A stretch of DNA of 64,000 nt from Thermodesulfobacteriota bacterium (GTDB lineage Bacteria > Desulfobacterota_D > UBA1144 > Nemesobacterales > Nemesobacteraceae): NCBI GenBank assembly GCA_965221875.1, contig OZ244920.1:361164-425163 (forward strand), in the 5' to 3' direction. Positions within the stretch are counted from its first letter, which is position 1; every line of letters begins with the position of its first letter. A program made the position numbers and the translations under genes. Below, piece after piece: positions 46,366 to 57,158 of this stretch. Under the pieces are notes generated by a model, which did no database searches, was not told the origin of the DNA, and was given only the letters and a program-made list of their open reading frames with translations.

Positions 46366-48291
46366 GAGGCATTTGCGTAGTAAAGGATATGCCTGCAGGG
46401 CAAGGGGTTTGGGATGGGCAAAAATATTTCTTACCCCAGAATTTCTACCAAAACCCTCGAAAACCGCCTGATTCTCTCCAGAAACCACAAATTTCACCCC
46501 AAGACCAAACAGATTGAAACTAATGCGGGGGCAAGTAACTTACTGATATTACTTGATTTAATGTCGCCATGGGTTAGAATTAATGGTGACAGCCAAATTC
46601 ACTTTCCCGGAGGAAAAAACCCATGGCGACACAATCTAATCTACCTTTTTGCTGGAACCAAGTCGACAAACTCTCCGACCTCAGACGTCTCGAACTTGTT
46701 CTAGATGCATTGCCTGATGATGAAATCATTCACGCTCTTTTGGCAATGCGCGGAAACGGCCGTAACGAATACCCGGTGGCGGCGATGTGGAGGGCGCTTA
46801 TTGCTGGCATAGTCTTCCAGCACGCCTCCATAGAATCACTCATACGGGAACTTGACCGTAACTCATCACTGCTTGAGATGTGCGGGTTTTGCCCCGTACC
46901 CCTGCAAAGCCGTACCAGGTACGAAATTGAACCGAGTGAAGGCATAGCCGGGGTGATAGCCATAGATTCCCCTCCCCGCACTCCCGCTCCCAAAAGCTCT
47001 GCCTTCTCCCGGTTCCTCTCAAACATAGTAAAGCTTGAACAACAGCGGGGGCTTATCTCAAAGATGATTGACACAATGAGGGAAGAGCTGATGGAACTGC
47101 TGCCTGACTTCGGTGAGAACCTGGGTTATGACGGCAAGGCCGTAGAAAGCCACTCCACGGGAAAGGAGAATCGCAGGACAGGGGAGACTTCAGACCCTGG
47201 GGCTGACTGGGGAAAACACGAAACCAAAGGCGTTGATTCAAACGGCAAGGCGTGGAAGAAGATAAAAACATGGTTTGGTTACGGATTGCATATCATAGCC
47301 GACACCAGGTACGAGATACCGGTTGCCTTCAGTTTGACCAAGGCGTCTGTTTCGGAAGTGAAGGAACTTGACCGCATGACAGATCTGTTGTTTGGAAAAG
47401 CCCCGGAGTTAAAAAACAGATGCAGATACTTCAGCGCTGACAAGGGGCTTGACAGCGGTGCTTTGAAGAAGAAATTCTGGGATGATTATGAAACTCGTCC
47501 CATTATAGACATAAGAGAACTTTGGAGAGAGGAGAAGCAGGGACAGAGCTATGTTTGCGGACAGAAGATCATGAGACCTCTTGGGAGTGTTCACGACAAT
47601 ATCTTCTATACGGAGAAGGGACAGATATGGTGTCGGTGTCCTGTAAGCGGAGAAGAGCGCAAGATGGTATTCAGTGGGTTTGAACCCGGTAGATGCAGTT
47701 TGAAGTTCCGCTGTCCGGCGGCAGTGCTTGGTCTTCACTGCAAAGGGTGGGAGAAGTGTCACAGGGATGCGCAATGCGAGACAAACGGTTACGGCAGGGT
47801 CGTACGCGTGCCTCTTGAGAAGGACCGTCGTATATTTACTCCAACGCCGCGGTGCAGTACATCATGGAAACGGGCTTACAGGCGCAGAAGCGCCATAGAG
47901 CGTATCAACTCCAGAATCGATAACAGTTTCGGGTTCGAAAAACACTTTATCAGGGGCAAGGCGAAGATGACCACCCGGGTGGGGCTGGCTTTGGCGGTGA
48001 TGATGGCCCTTGCAGTTGGTCACATAAAAGCTGGGAGGCCTGAGTGTATGAGGTCTCTTGTGGGTGGGGGTTGGGCTAGGGCTGGATAACATCCCGGTGA
48101 TTCAGTAAAACAATTTAAACAGTAGTTAACCCAGAAGGGAAAGTTGCGTCCGCGGCTGATCGGGAGAGGTGAATCGGAGGCGGATTACGTCTGAATCGGG
48201 CAGTATGGCCATCTGAGTGCCGGAATACGTCTCGCCGCCGCTCTCGTTCCAGAAACCTGAACCCTGAAAATCGTTACAGCGCAAATGCCAC
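46366..48291 (+). mobile_element. IS element, copy 3 of 3 identical
   Basis: Identical to the other two copies; flanked by 5-bp direct repeat aaatt. Confidence 0.9.
46623..48089 (+). CDS. DDE transposase (identical copy)
   Basis: Identical 488-aa translation. Confidence 0.9.
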   Translation: MATQSNLPFCWNQVDKLSDLRRLELVLDALPDDEIIHALLAMRGNGRNEYPVAAMWRALIAGIVFQHASIESLIRELDRNSSLLEMCGFCPVPLQSRTRYEIEPSEGIAGVIAIDSPPRTPAPKSSAFSRFLSNIVKLEQQRGLISKMIDTMREELMELLPDFGENLGYDGKAVESHSTGKENRRTGETSDPGADWGKHETKGVDSNGKAWKKIKTWFGYGLHIIADTRYEIPVAFSLTKASVSEVKELDRMTDLLFGKAPELKNRCRYFSADKGLDSGALKKKFWDDYETRPIIDIRELWREEKQGQSYVCGQKIMRPLGSVHDNIFYTEKGQIWCRCPVSGEERKMVFSGFEPGRCSLKFRCPAAVLGLHCKGWEKCHRDAQCETNGYGRVVRVPLEKDRRIFTPTPRCSTSWKRAYRRRSAIERINSRIDNSFGFEKHFIRGKAKMTTRVGLALAVMMALAVGHIKAGRPECMRSLVGGGWARAG

Positions 48292-48380
48292 AAATTTGTC
48301 CAATGTGGATTAACCCGCTGAAATCGATTATACTAATGTTTTTTCCAACCAGCCATCTTTCGAAAAAAAGGGAACTGAAC

Positions 48381-49238
48381 ATGTCTAAAATCATGGATGG
48401 CAAAAAAGTCTCTAAAGACATTAAAAAATGGATCATCCAAAGGACCAAGGAACTTAAAGACAGCACGGGAGTAGTGCCCGGTCTTGCTTCCATTCTAGTC
48501 GGCAATGATCCCGCGTCCGAAATATACGTGAGGAACAAGAGAAGAGCATGCGAAAGATGTGGAATGCTTTCAGAAGAATACAATCTTCCAGAGGAAACCT
48601 CAGAAGAGGAGCTTCTTTCGCTGATAGAGCGTCTCAACCTAAATGAAAAGATTCACGGCATACTGGTACAGCTTCCCCTTCCGATCCATATGAACCCGGA
48701 AAAAGTGATAAGAAAGGTATCTCCTGACAAAGATGTCGACGGATTTCATCCCGAGAACACCGGAAAACTGTTCCAGGAAAACCCCAGCGCCATCTCCTGC
48801 ACCCCGTACGGAATAGAAAAGCTTCTCGATTACTACGGCATAGAGATATTCGGCAAGCACGTAGTGGTCGTGGGAAAAAGCAACATAGTTGGAAAACCCG
48901 CAGCGGCCTTGATGCTCAACAGGGACGCCACCGTAACCATAGCCCATATCGAAACTGAAAACCTGCAGGCCATAACCACCATGGCGGACATACTGATAGT
49001 CGCAATCGGGGATCCGCAGTTCATAAAGAAAGAGATGATAAAAGAAGGAGCCGTAGTAGTCGATGTCGGAATCAACAGGAGCGAGAGCGGAAAGATCGTC
49101 GGCGACATTGACTTTGAGGACGTAAAGGGAAAGGCCTCTTACATCACTCCCGTTCCCGGCGGGGTGGGTCCGATGACCATAACCATGCTTCTTTGGAACA
49201 CGCTTGAGGCGGCGGAGACATTCGCGCTTGGCAAGTAG
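48381..49238 (+). CDS. folD: bifunctional methylenetetrahydrofolate dehydrogenase/cyclohydrolase
   Basis: Start at MSKIMDGKKVS; conserved FolD motifs; the ORF-track start at 48285 lies inside the IS right end. Confidence 0.85.
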   Translation: MSKIMDGKKVSKDIKKWIIQRTKELKDSTGVVPGLASILVGNDPASEIYVRNKRRACERCGMLSEEYNLPEETSEEELLSLIERLNLNEKIHGILVQLPLPIHMNPEKVIRKVSPDKDVDGFHPENTGKLFQENPSAISCTPYGIEKLLDYYGIEIFGKHVVVVGKSNIVGKPAAALMLNRDATVTIAHIETENLQAITTMADILIVAIGDPQFIKKEMIKEGAVVVDVGINRSESGKIVGDIDFEDVKGKASYITPVPGGVGPMTITMLLWNTLEAAETFALGK

Positions 49239-49251
49239 CTTCAAACCGGAG

Positions 49252-49782
49252 TCAGCGAAGCACCTCGGGACCTTCGGTTTTCGAAATCGCCTGCGAATTC
49301 CCAAGCCCGGAACATATATCTCTTACCGTCATGTTCTTAACGGGATGCCAAGCGGCCGGTTCTATCTCGAGCAGAGGCTCCAAGACAAATCTTCTTTCGT
49401 GGGCCCTCGGGTGAGGAATCACCAAGGAATCCGTGCTTATTACAAGATCTCCATAGAAGATTATGTCGAGGTCGATCACCCTGGGTCCCCACCTCTTCGT
49501 TTTTTTTCTCCCGATCTCCTTTTCTATTGCCTTGAGGTGATCGAGAAGCCCAAAAGGGGAAAGTTCCGTCTCCACCTTAACGACGGCGTTTGTGAATTTC
49601 GGCTGGTCCTTTGGTCCCACGGGGTCCGATTCGTAAAGAGAGGATACCGCCAACACGCGCGCGCACTTCTGCATGCTCCTCAGCGCTCGGGCGAAATTCT
49701 CACGCACGGGGCCAAGGTTGGCTCCGACACCTATGAAAACGACATTCAGAGAAACTTCGGGCTCGCTCAATGGAATACTCAC
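49252..49782 (-). CDS. folK: 2-amino-4-hydroxy-6-hydroxymethyldihydropteridine diphosphokinase
   Basis: HPPK motifs (..RWGPRVIDLDII..). Confidence 0.85.
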   Translation of the reverse strand: MSIPLSEPEVSLNVVFIGVGANLGPVRENFARALRSMQKCARVLAVSSLYESDPVGPKDQPKFTNAVVKVETELSPFGLLDHLKAIEKEIGRKKTKRWGPRVIDLDIIFYGDLVISTDSLVIPHPRAHERRFVLEPLLEIEPAAWHPVKNMTVRDICSGLGNSQAISKTEGPEVLR

Positions 49783-49797
49783 CCCAGTTAATATATA

Positions 49798-50088
49798 ATG
49801 AAAAAATATATGGCACTTTTAACTGAAAAAGAAATTTCTTCCGCGCTTGAGGGCCTTCAAGGTTGGCAGAGGAAAGGAGAAGAGATAGAAAAAACGTTTG
49901 TCCTCAGAAATTTCGTCGATTCCATGGGTTTTGTGAACAAGGTCGCACTTCTTTCCGAAAGGGCAGACCACCACCCCGACATCCTCATACGGTGGAACAA
50001 GGTTTCCATCACGCTCTCAACACACAGTGAGGGCGGAATCACGGAGAAAGACCTGAATCTGGCAGGGGAAATAGAAAATGCGCTCTGA
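49798..50088 (+). CDS. pterin-4-alpha-carbinolamine dehydratase
   Basis: 96 aa; [EDKH]-x(3)-H-[HN]-P motif in ADHHPDI. Confidence 0.8.
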   Translation: MKKYMALLTEKEISSALEGLQGWQRKGEEIEKTFVLRNFVDSMGFVNKVALLSERADHHPDILIRWNKVSITLSTHSEGGITEKDLNLAGEIENAL

Positions 50089-50117
50089 AGCAAGTTCCGC
50101 ACACTGTACTGGGGAAG

Positions 50118-50384
50118 CTAGTCTGCATCCCTTATTTCGTACTCATCCTCTCCGAGGGTAATAGTATCCCCTCCAGGTCCGCCCACTCGGGGACCGGGTT
50201 TTCTGCCCTTGCCCGGAAACAGCTTCCTCAAAACCGAGGCACCTGCTCCGAGCACACCTAGTGCAACCAGAGCCAGAACGCCGAAAAACGCGAAAAGGCA
50301 GACGGCCACAACCACGAAAAGCGCAATGAAGGGAAGAGACAAAAAAGAAATCCTCCCCCTGCGAATGTAGATTTTTCCAGCCAT
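50118..50384 (-). CDS. small hypothetical membrane protein
   Basis: 88 aa; one or two TM helices plus a Gly/Pro-rich tail; downstream of secA. Confidence 0.3.
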   Translation of the reverse strand: MAGKIYIRRGRISFLSLPFIALFVVVAVCLFAFFGVLALVALGVLGAGASVLRKLFPGKGRKPGPRVGGPGGDTITLGEDEYEIRDAD

Positions 50385-50407
50385 TAAGACACCTTATCCA
50401 AATATTA

Positions 50408-53263
50408 TTACCGACCGCAGCACTTTTTGTATTTCTTGCCGCTGCCACAGGGGCACGGGCTGTTCCGACCGACTTTCTTCTGCGTTCTCCTGACCGGGGT
50501 CTTTGGCTTTTCTTCTGACCCTTCTCCCCGCCCGAGCACCATTTTTTTCTCCTCAAGTTCCCTTTTTCTCTCAAGTTCCTCGATCTGTTCTTCGCTCGCG
50601 GGCTGTATCCTGAAAAGATTCGAGCAGACGTCCATCCTGAACTTGTCCATCATGAGAGCGAACATGTCGAAACCCTCTTTGGTATATTCCCGAAGGGGGT
50701 CTTTCTGTGCGTATCCCCTGAGTCCCACTCCTTCCCTCAGGTGATCCATGTTAAGAAGATGATCCTTCCACAGGTAGTCGATGTGCTGAAGCATGACGTA
50801 GCGCTCGACCTGCGAGAGGTTTTCAGAACCTATCTTCTCTTCTTTTTCCCGGTATGCGGCAATCAGTTTTCCGGTGACTTCTTCCGTTATTACTTCTCCG
50901 TCCGCCTTGGCAGGGGAATCTATTTCGATCTCCGTTCCGAAAACCCTCCCGATAGCTTCGCAGAGCTCGGAGAAATCAGATTCCGAACGGTCTTCCCGAC
51001 CGGCCAAGTAACTGCCCACGACTTCCCGAACGATGTCTTCTGAAGAAGAAAAAAGCATCTCTTTCAGGCTCTCACCGCCTTCAAGGATCTCGCGGCGCTG
51101 TCTGTAGACAACGTCCCTCTGCGTGTTGAGAACATCGTCGTATCTCAAAAGATGCTTGCGTATGTCAAAATTCCTTCCCTCGACCTTTTTCTGGGCGTTC
51201 TCAATCGACTTGCTTATCATCGAGTGCTCTATCGGCTCCCCTTCCTCCCACCCGAGCTTATCCATAACACCTGTTATCCTCTCCGAGGCGAAAATACGCA
51301 TCAGGTCGTCTTCAAGGGAAACATAAAACCTCGAAGACCCGTCATCTCCCTGCCTTCCCGCTCTTCCCCTAAACTGGTTGTCTATCCTCCTAGCCTCGTG
51401 CCTTTCCACAGAAAGAATATGAAGGCCGCCGAGTTTCTTAACTTTCTCCTTTTCCGAATCGCAGATCGATTTCGCCTCGAAAAGCGCTTCCTCGTACTGC
51501 TTGGGACCCGCTTCCTCGGGCTGGACCCTGAACTCTTTCCTGAGAATATCCCCCGCAAGAAACTCGGGGTTTCCGCCGAGCAGTATGTCCGTTCCCCGTC
51601 CCGCCATGTTGGTCGCTATGGTTATGGCCCCCACTCTGCCCGCCTGGGCTACGATCTCGGCTTCCTTTCCGTGCTGCTTGGCGTTAAGTATGTTGTGGTG
51701 AAGACCTATCTTCTCAAGATAGCCGCTCAGTTTTTCCGACTGCTCGATCGATGAGGTGCCGACAAGCACCGGCCGGCCGGCGGAATTCATTTCCTCTATC
51801 TCTGCGCACGCGGCGTTGAACTTCTCGGGTTCGGTCCTGTAGACAACATCATCGTAATCCTTCCTTATAAGCGGCTTGTGGGTCGGTATCACGGTGACGT
51901 CGAGATCGTATATGTGCTTGAACTCGAACGCTTCCGTGTCGGCGGTACCCGTCATCCCGGCAAGCTTTCTGTACATCCTGAAGTAGTTCTGGATGGTTAT
52001 GGTGGCCATCGTCTGGTTCTCGCTTTCGATTTCCACCCCTTCCTTGGCCTCGACCGCCTGGTGAAGCCCGTCGCTCCACCTGCGTCCCGGCATCAGCCTT
52101 CCCGTGAACTCGTCAACTATCACCACCTTTCCTTCCTGCATCATGTAGTCGACATCGCGGTTGAAAAGGGCGTTGGCGCGAAGCGACTGGTTAACATGGT
52201 GCAAAGTCTTGAGATTGACGGGGTCGTAGAGGTTCGGAACGTCGAGGGCTCTCTCCACCTTGGAAACCCCGTCCTCAGTGAGATCCACCTGCCTTGTTTT
52301 CTCGTCCACCGTGAAGTCGGTCTCCCCGGAGAGCGTCTTCACGACCCTGTCCACCTTGTAGTAAAGATCGGTCGAGTCTTCCGAAGGCCCCGAGATTATA
52401 AGCGGGGTTCTTGCCTCGTCTATGAGAATGCTGTCGACCTCGTCCACTATGGCGAAATTGTGGCCGCGCTGAACGTAGCTCTCAAGAGAGAACTTCATGT
52501 TGTCGCGCAGGTAGTCGAAACCGAACTCGTTGTTGGTGCCGTAAGTAATATCCGCTTGGTAGGAGTCCTGCCTGGATGAAGGCTCAAGGCAGGTCTTGAA
52601 GGAATTTATGATGTCGAGGTTTTTTTCGGGAAGAACGTCGCTTGCCAGATACTCGTTCGGCCACGCGGTCAGGCTCTTCTCTACGGACTCTTCGGCCCGC
52701 TTTGGGTCCTCCCAGGCAAGCACGTAGGAGGCGTCGTGATTTATAACCCCCACTTTCATGCCTAGGACCATAAAAATCGGCGACATCCAGGTAGCATCCC
52801 TGGCAGCCAGGTAATCGTTTACGGTAATAAGGTGGGAACCGAGCCCCGTAAGGGCATTTAGGTAAAGAGGTAGAACGGCGACCAGCGTCTTTCCTTCCCC
52901 GGTTCTCATCTCAGCTATTCTGCCCTTGTGAAGAACTGTCCCCCCTATCATCTGGACGTCGAAATGCCTCATGGCTATCGTTCTTCTCGACGCTTCCCTC
53001 ACAGCGGCGAACGCTTCGGGCAGTATCTCCTCGAGAACCCGCTCCATCTCAGCGAAATACTTCTCGTCGGACGGGTTTCCGTTCGTGCCGAGGCGGGAAT
53101 CTATCAGTTCCCGGAATTGCGCGGTCTTCGCGCGAAGCTCCGTGGTAGGAATCTTGACCAGTGTTTCTTCAAGGGCGTTTATCTGCTCTGCCAGAACGCC
53201 GAGCTTTTTTACCTCCCTTTCATTCTGCGAGCCGACTATTTTTTTCAGGACGTAAGAAATCAT
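50408..53263 (-). CDS. secA: preprotein translocase ATPase SecA
   Basis: 951 aa; DEAD-like motor domains; C-terminal zinc finger [14 protein letters not shown]. Confidence 0.95.
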   Translation of the reverse strand: MISYVLKKIVGSQNEREVKKLGVLAEQINALEETLVKIPTTELRAKTAQFRELIDSRLGTNGNPSDEKYFAEMERVLEEILPEAFAAVREASRRTIAMRHFDVQMIGGTVLHKGRIAEMRTGEGKTLVAVLPLYLNALTGLGSHLITVNDYLAARDATWMSPIFMVLGMKVGVINHDASYVLAWEDPKRAEESVEKSLTAWPNEYLASDVLPEKNLDIINSFKTCLEPSSRQDSYQADITYGTNNEFGFDYLRDNMKFSLESYVQRGHNFAIVDEVDSILIDEARTPLIISGPSEDSTDLYYKVDRVVKTLSGETDFTVDEKTRQVDLTEDGVSKVERALDVPNLYDPVNLKTLHHVNQSLRANALFNRDVDYMMQEGKVVIVDEFTGRLMPGRRWSDGLHQAVEAKEGVEIESENQTMATITIQNYFRMYRKLAGMTGTADTEAFEFKHIYDLDVTVIPTHKPLIRKDYDDVVYRTEPEKFNAACAEIEEMNSAGRPVLVGTSSIEQSEKLSGYLEKIGLHHNILNAKQHGKEAEIVAQAGRVGAITIATNMAGRGTDILLGGNPEFLAGDILRKEFRVQPEEAGPKQYEEALFEAKSICDSEKEKVKKLGGLHILSVERHEARRIDNQFRGRAGRQGDDGSSRFYVSLEDDLMRIFASERITGVMDKLGWEEGEPIEHSMISKSIENAQKKVEGRNFDIRKHLLRYDDVLNTQRDVVYRQRREILEGGESLKEMLFSSSEDIVREVVGSYLAGREDRSESDFSELCEAIGRVFGTEIEIDSPAKADGEVITEEVTGKLIAAYREKEEKIGSENLSQVERYVMLQHIDYLWKDHLLNMDHLREGVGLRGYAQKDPLREYTKEGFDMFALMMDKFRMDVCSNLFRIQPASEEQIEELERKRELEEKKMVLGRGEGSEEKPKTPVRRTQKKVGRNSPCPCGSGKKYKKCCGR

Positions 53264-53366
53264 TCGCCGAAGCGGTCTCCTTTGCTAACGGTTCCCGGAA
53301 CGCCCGGGAACAACTCTCCTAAAACAGTCTAATAATCCGTGGGAAATAGACAAGGGATTTCTGGCT

Positions 53367-56300
53367 TCAGGCGTCAAGCTTCACGCTTACAACCCTCGAA
53401 GCGGCGGTACCGTCTGTGGTTATTCCTATAAGCGCATCGGCCTCGTGCATGGTTTTTCTGTTATGTGTGATGACGGCCACCTGGGAGTGGGCCGCTATCT
53501 CGCTCAGGATCTTGTTGAACCTCACCGTGTTCACTTCGTCAAGTGCGGCGTCTATTTCATCCAGAAATACAAAGGGAACGGGCTTTACCAGACATGCGGA
53601 GATTATGACCGCTATGGCCGAAAGCGCCTTTTCCCCTCCCGAGAGCAGGTTTATCGGCTGGAACCTCTTTCCTCCGGGCCTGATCATGACCTCCACTCCG
53701 GTTTCAAGCAGATTTCTGGGGTCTGTAAGCTCAAGGCGAGCCTCTCCGTTTTCGAAAAGCTTGCAAAAGGTTTCGCTGAATTTTCCGTTTACAGTCTCAA
53801 ACGCCTCCCGGAACCTTGAAATCGACTCCCTGTCGAGTTTTCGTATAGCGCCCTCAAGATAATCAAGCGCCCGGGCGAGGTCATCGGTCTGGCGATGCAG
53901 AAACCCGTTTCTTTCCTCAAGCTGCTCGTATTCCTCGGGCGCAAGCAGATTCACGGGACCGAAATTCTCTATGCGCCGCCGAAGCGTCTTAAGCTCCCTA
54001 TCCGCATCGGGTATCGAAACACGGGAGAGATCCGGGCTTTGCGAAGTATCGGGGGTAGCATCGCCGAATGTCTCTGCGTACCGTTCGCTCAGATACTCAA
54101 ACTCGTCCCCCGCACGCTCAAGCTGCGCCTGGGCCGAGGCAAGCTGCTCTCTTCGCGAGGAAAGTTCTTGTGCCGCAGCCTCAAATTCCTCTTCGCTTCT
54201 GCGGAGTTCCTCCGCGTAGTGCGATACCCTTTCCCTGAGCTCTCCGAAGGATTCCTCCCTTAAGCCGAGGTCGCGGCAGATCTTCTCAAACTCCTCTTCC
54301 GCCTGGTGCCTAGACAGGGCGAGTGCTTCGGCTTCCTGTTTTTTAAGCTCCCCATCTTTTGTTCTAAGCGAAAGCTTCTCGTTTATAACCGCCTTTATCC
54401 TCTCGGCTTCCGATATTTCGTGCTCAAGGGCCCGCTCCCTTTCAAGAACCCCGGCGTTCTCTATCCTGAGTTTGGTTATTTTCTCCTGAAGCGCTTTTTC
54501 CTCCTCCGCAAATCCGAGGGCCCGCTTCTCGATTTCCCCATACTTTGACTCAAGCGCACTTCTCTGGCCGTCAAGCTGCTCTATAAGCGACTCCATCTCC
54601 TCGACAGTGCGGTTTTTACTCCCGAGCTTTCGATCAAGCTCGTCGCGCTGCGCCTCGAGGTTCCCGATTCTCGTCCCCAGCTCTTCTATCCTGGTCTCCG
54701 CGTTCGAGCGGTCCTTTGCGTTTTCAACCGAGCTTATCTCGCAGCGCCGAAGAAGCTCCTCGACCTTCACCCGGCGACCCTCAAGCCCATCCACTTCTTC
54801 TCTAAGCGTCCTGCAGGCAGACTCCAGTTTCTCTATGTTGGCCAGAAGGGTCTGTGTCTGCCCCTCAAGCTCCTCGATTTCCCTTTTTCTCTCAAACACA
54901 CCCGCCAGGGATTTTCCACCCGTCACGGCTCCATGGGAATCAACGTAGTCCCCCTCGAGGGTGGCGAAGCACGCGCCATTTCCCGTCCGATTCTTAAGCC
55001 TGATGGCTTCCCTGAGATCGGAAGTGACGTAAACTTCCTGCAGCATCGACTCAACAAGGCCTTTCTCTATCACTTTCACGTCAAGGAGGCTGTTAAGGGA
55101 AGTGGCATCCGGCTTGCCGTGTCCGTTGGTCCTGCCGTTTCCGTTGCCCGAGCCGTTTGCCGCGAACCGGTCGGTTGCCGGTATGAAGGTTCCCCTTCCC
55201 GCGTCAAACTCCCTTAGAAGCTCAACCGCGGCGACCGCCTCCGTACTCCCTTCGACCACTATCCAGTTGAGTTTTTCCCCGAAGGCCGCCTCTACCGCTC
55301 TTTCATAGTTTCTCGGAACGGAAACGAAATCGGAAACTACCCCCAGCACTCCCCTTTGCTTGCGTTCAAGGACGAACTTGCGCGTGGCGTCAGGAAGCCA
55401 TTCGTAGTTGCTCTGTATTCTGTTAAGGGCCTCCACTCTGGAGACGCAGTCTTTTTTCCTGCCTTCAAGCCCCCTCAGTTCGCCGAGTTTTTTCTCATGC
55501 TCGACCCTAAGGTCGTAAAGACGCGAATCGATCTCTTCTTTCTCTTTGGCGGCCGAGGTAAATTCATCTTTTATCTCCTCTTCCCGGCCGCGAAGCGAAG
55601 CAAGCCTCCTCTCGCATTCGAGTTTCTCAAGTTCCAAGACGGAAGCCTCTCCCTCAAGTACCTCCTTTTTCTCCGTAAGCTCCTCAAGCTCCTTTGAAAA
55701 AGCGCCTACCGTGCTTCCAAGCGAGCTTCTTCTGGTCATCACGTCGGAGACCAGGTCCGCCGTTTTCTCAAGTTCTTTTCTGCTCTGCTCCCATTCGCTT
55801 TGCAGTGTCACGAGGTTCTCTTCCTCGCGCGAAATCTCCTCGGAAGCCGAAAGGCGGGTGCTTTTAAGCTCCTCTGACTGGTGTCCGGCGCGGCTGCTTT
55901 TCTCCTCCATCTCCGAAACTTCGCGCCCGAGGCTCTCTATCTCGGCTTCAATGTCCTTTACGTAACTTGAAATCCCGGCGATCTCCCGTTCGATCGAGGC
56001 CCTGCGGTACTCGTTTTCCCTTTTCTGCGCCCGAAGCTCGTAGATCTCCTTCTCAAGGGATCCCAGATCCTGGCCTGAAACGGAGTTTTTCTCCCTCGCC
56101 TCTTGAAGCAACCCACGTTTTTGCTCCGCCTCGGCGTCAGCTGAGCGGACAAACTGCTCGGCACCGAGCTTTTTTTCAAGAAGCGCTTCTTTGCGCTGCT
56201 GCGAGCTTGCGAGCTTGGCCGAGAGAATATCAAATTCAAGCGAGCGGGCTCGCCCGGCAAGTTCCTCGTACTGCCTGGCACGCTTTGCCTGAAGCGCCAC

Positions 56301-56903
56301 GGCCTCAATACGGTCCGAAACCTCGCGCTTCATGTCAAGAACGCGAGAGAGGTTCTCCCTGGTCGATTCTATTCTGCTTCGTGTTTCCTTTCTTCTGAGT
56401 TTGTACTTCTCGATCCCCGCGACTTCCTCTATGAACTTTCTTTTCTCTTCGGGCTTCGACATTATGAAGGATTCGACCTGGCCCTGCTCAACGATCGAAT
56501 AGGCCCTCGCTCCCATTCCGGTGTCAAGAAGCATCTCGGTTATATCCTTGAGGCGGCACTTGACCCCGTTTATGCTGTATTCGCTCTCTCCCGAGCGGTA
56601 AAGTTTCCTCCGGATTCTTACTTCCTCGAAACCGAAACCCTCGACATCCTCAAGAACCAGAGACACGTCGGCCATGCCCAGAGGTTTGAGCTCGGCGCTC
56701 CCGTTGGAGATAACGTCTTCCATGCCCCCCGCGCGCAGTTGTCTCGGGTTATGTTCGCCGATTACCCACCTGATGGCGTCAAGAATGTTGGATTTTCCGC
56801 AGCCGTTGGGACCGACTATCGCGGTTATACCCTCGGAGAAGTCTATTCTCGTCTTCAGGTAAAAAGATTTAAAACCTGCTATTTCAAGCGCTTTAATTCT
56901 CAT
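53367..56903 (-). CDS. smc: chromosome segregation protein SMC
   Basis: About 1,180 aa; N-terminal Walker A GPNGCGKSN; long coiled coils; C-terminal signature LSGGEK and Walker B; start set at MRIKALEI. Confidence 0.9.
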   Translation of the reverse strand: MRIKALEIAGFKSFYLKTRIDFSEGITAIVGPNGCGKSNILDAIRWVIGEHNPRQLRAGGMEDVISNGSAELKPLGMADVSLVLEDVEGFGFEEVRIRRKLYRSGESEYSINGVKCRLKDITEMLLDTGMGARAYSIVEQGQVESFIMSKPEEKRKFIEEVAGIEKYKLRRKETRSRIESTRENLSRVLDMKREVSDRIEAVALQAKRARQYEELAGRARSLEFDILSAKLASSQQRKEALLEKKLGAEQFVRSADAEAEQKRGLLQEAREKNSVSGQDLGSLEKEIYELRAQKRENEYRRASIEREIAGISSYVKDIEAEIESLGREVSEMEEKSSRAGHQSEELKSTRLSASEEISREEENLVTLQSEWEQSRKELEKTADLVSDVMTRRSSLGSTVGAFSKELEELTEKKEVLEGEASVLELEKLECERRLASLRGREEEIKDEFTSAAKEKEEIDSRLYDLRVEHEKKLGELRGLEGRKKDCVSRVEALNRIQSNYEWLPDATRKFVLERKQRGVLGVVSDFVSVPRNYERAVEAAFGEKLNWIVVEGSTEAVAAVELLREFDAGRGTFIPATDRFAANGSGNGNGRTNGHGKPDATSLNSLLDVKVIEKGLVESMLQEVYVTSDLREAIRLKNRTGNGACFATLEGDYVDSHGAVTGGKSLAGVFERKREIEELEGQTQTLLANIEKLESACRTLREEVDGLEGRRVKVEELLRRCEISSVENAKDRSNAETRIEELGTRIGNLEAQRDELDRKLGSKNRTVEEMESLIEQLDGQRSALESKYGEIEKRALGFAEEEKALQEKITKLRIENAGVLERERALEHEISEAERIKAVINEKLSLRTKDGELKKQEAEALALSRHQAEEEFEKICRDLGLREESFGELRERVSHYAEELRRSEEEFEAAAQELSSRREQLASAQAQLERAGDEFEYLSERYAETFGDATPDTSQSPDLSRVSIPDADRELKTLRRRIENFGPVNLLAPEEYEQLEERNGFLHRQTDDLARALDYLEGAIRKLDRESISRFREAFETVNGKFSETFCKLFENGEARLELTDPRNLLETGVEVMIRPGGKRFQPINLLSGGEKALSAIAVIISACLVKPVPFVFLDEIDAALDEVNTVRFNKILSEIAAHSQVAVITHNRKTMHEADALIGITTDGTAASRVVSVKLDA

Positions 56904-57158
56904 GGGAGAACCGCGGCCCGGCACCGTTGCGTTCACGCGTGCCGCCGCCTGTTTTACGCAAAACCCTCGCCGTAGCCGGGAAAGTTAAAGCTCCCGCATG
57001 CATATATAGAAGCCCTGACAGGGCCAGAATCCTGAAGAAGGCTGCCGGGATGATACTTCCGGCAGTACGTGAAAAAGATTCCTTATCGATCAAGGCCTTC
57101 CGGTCAACATAAACTATACCACAATATCTAGAGGATTTGCAACTTCCCGGTCGGGAAA

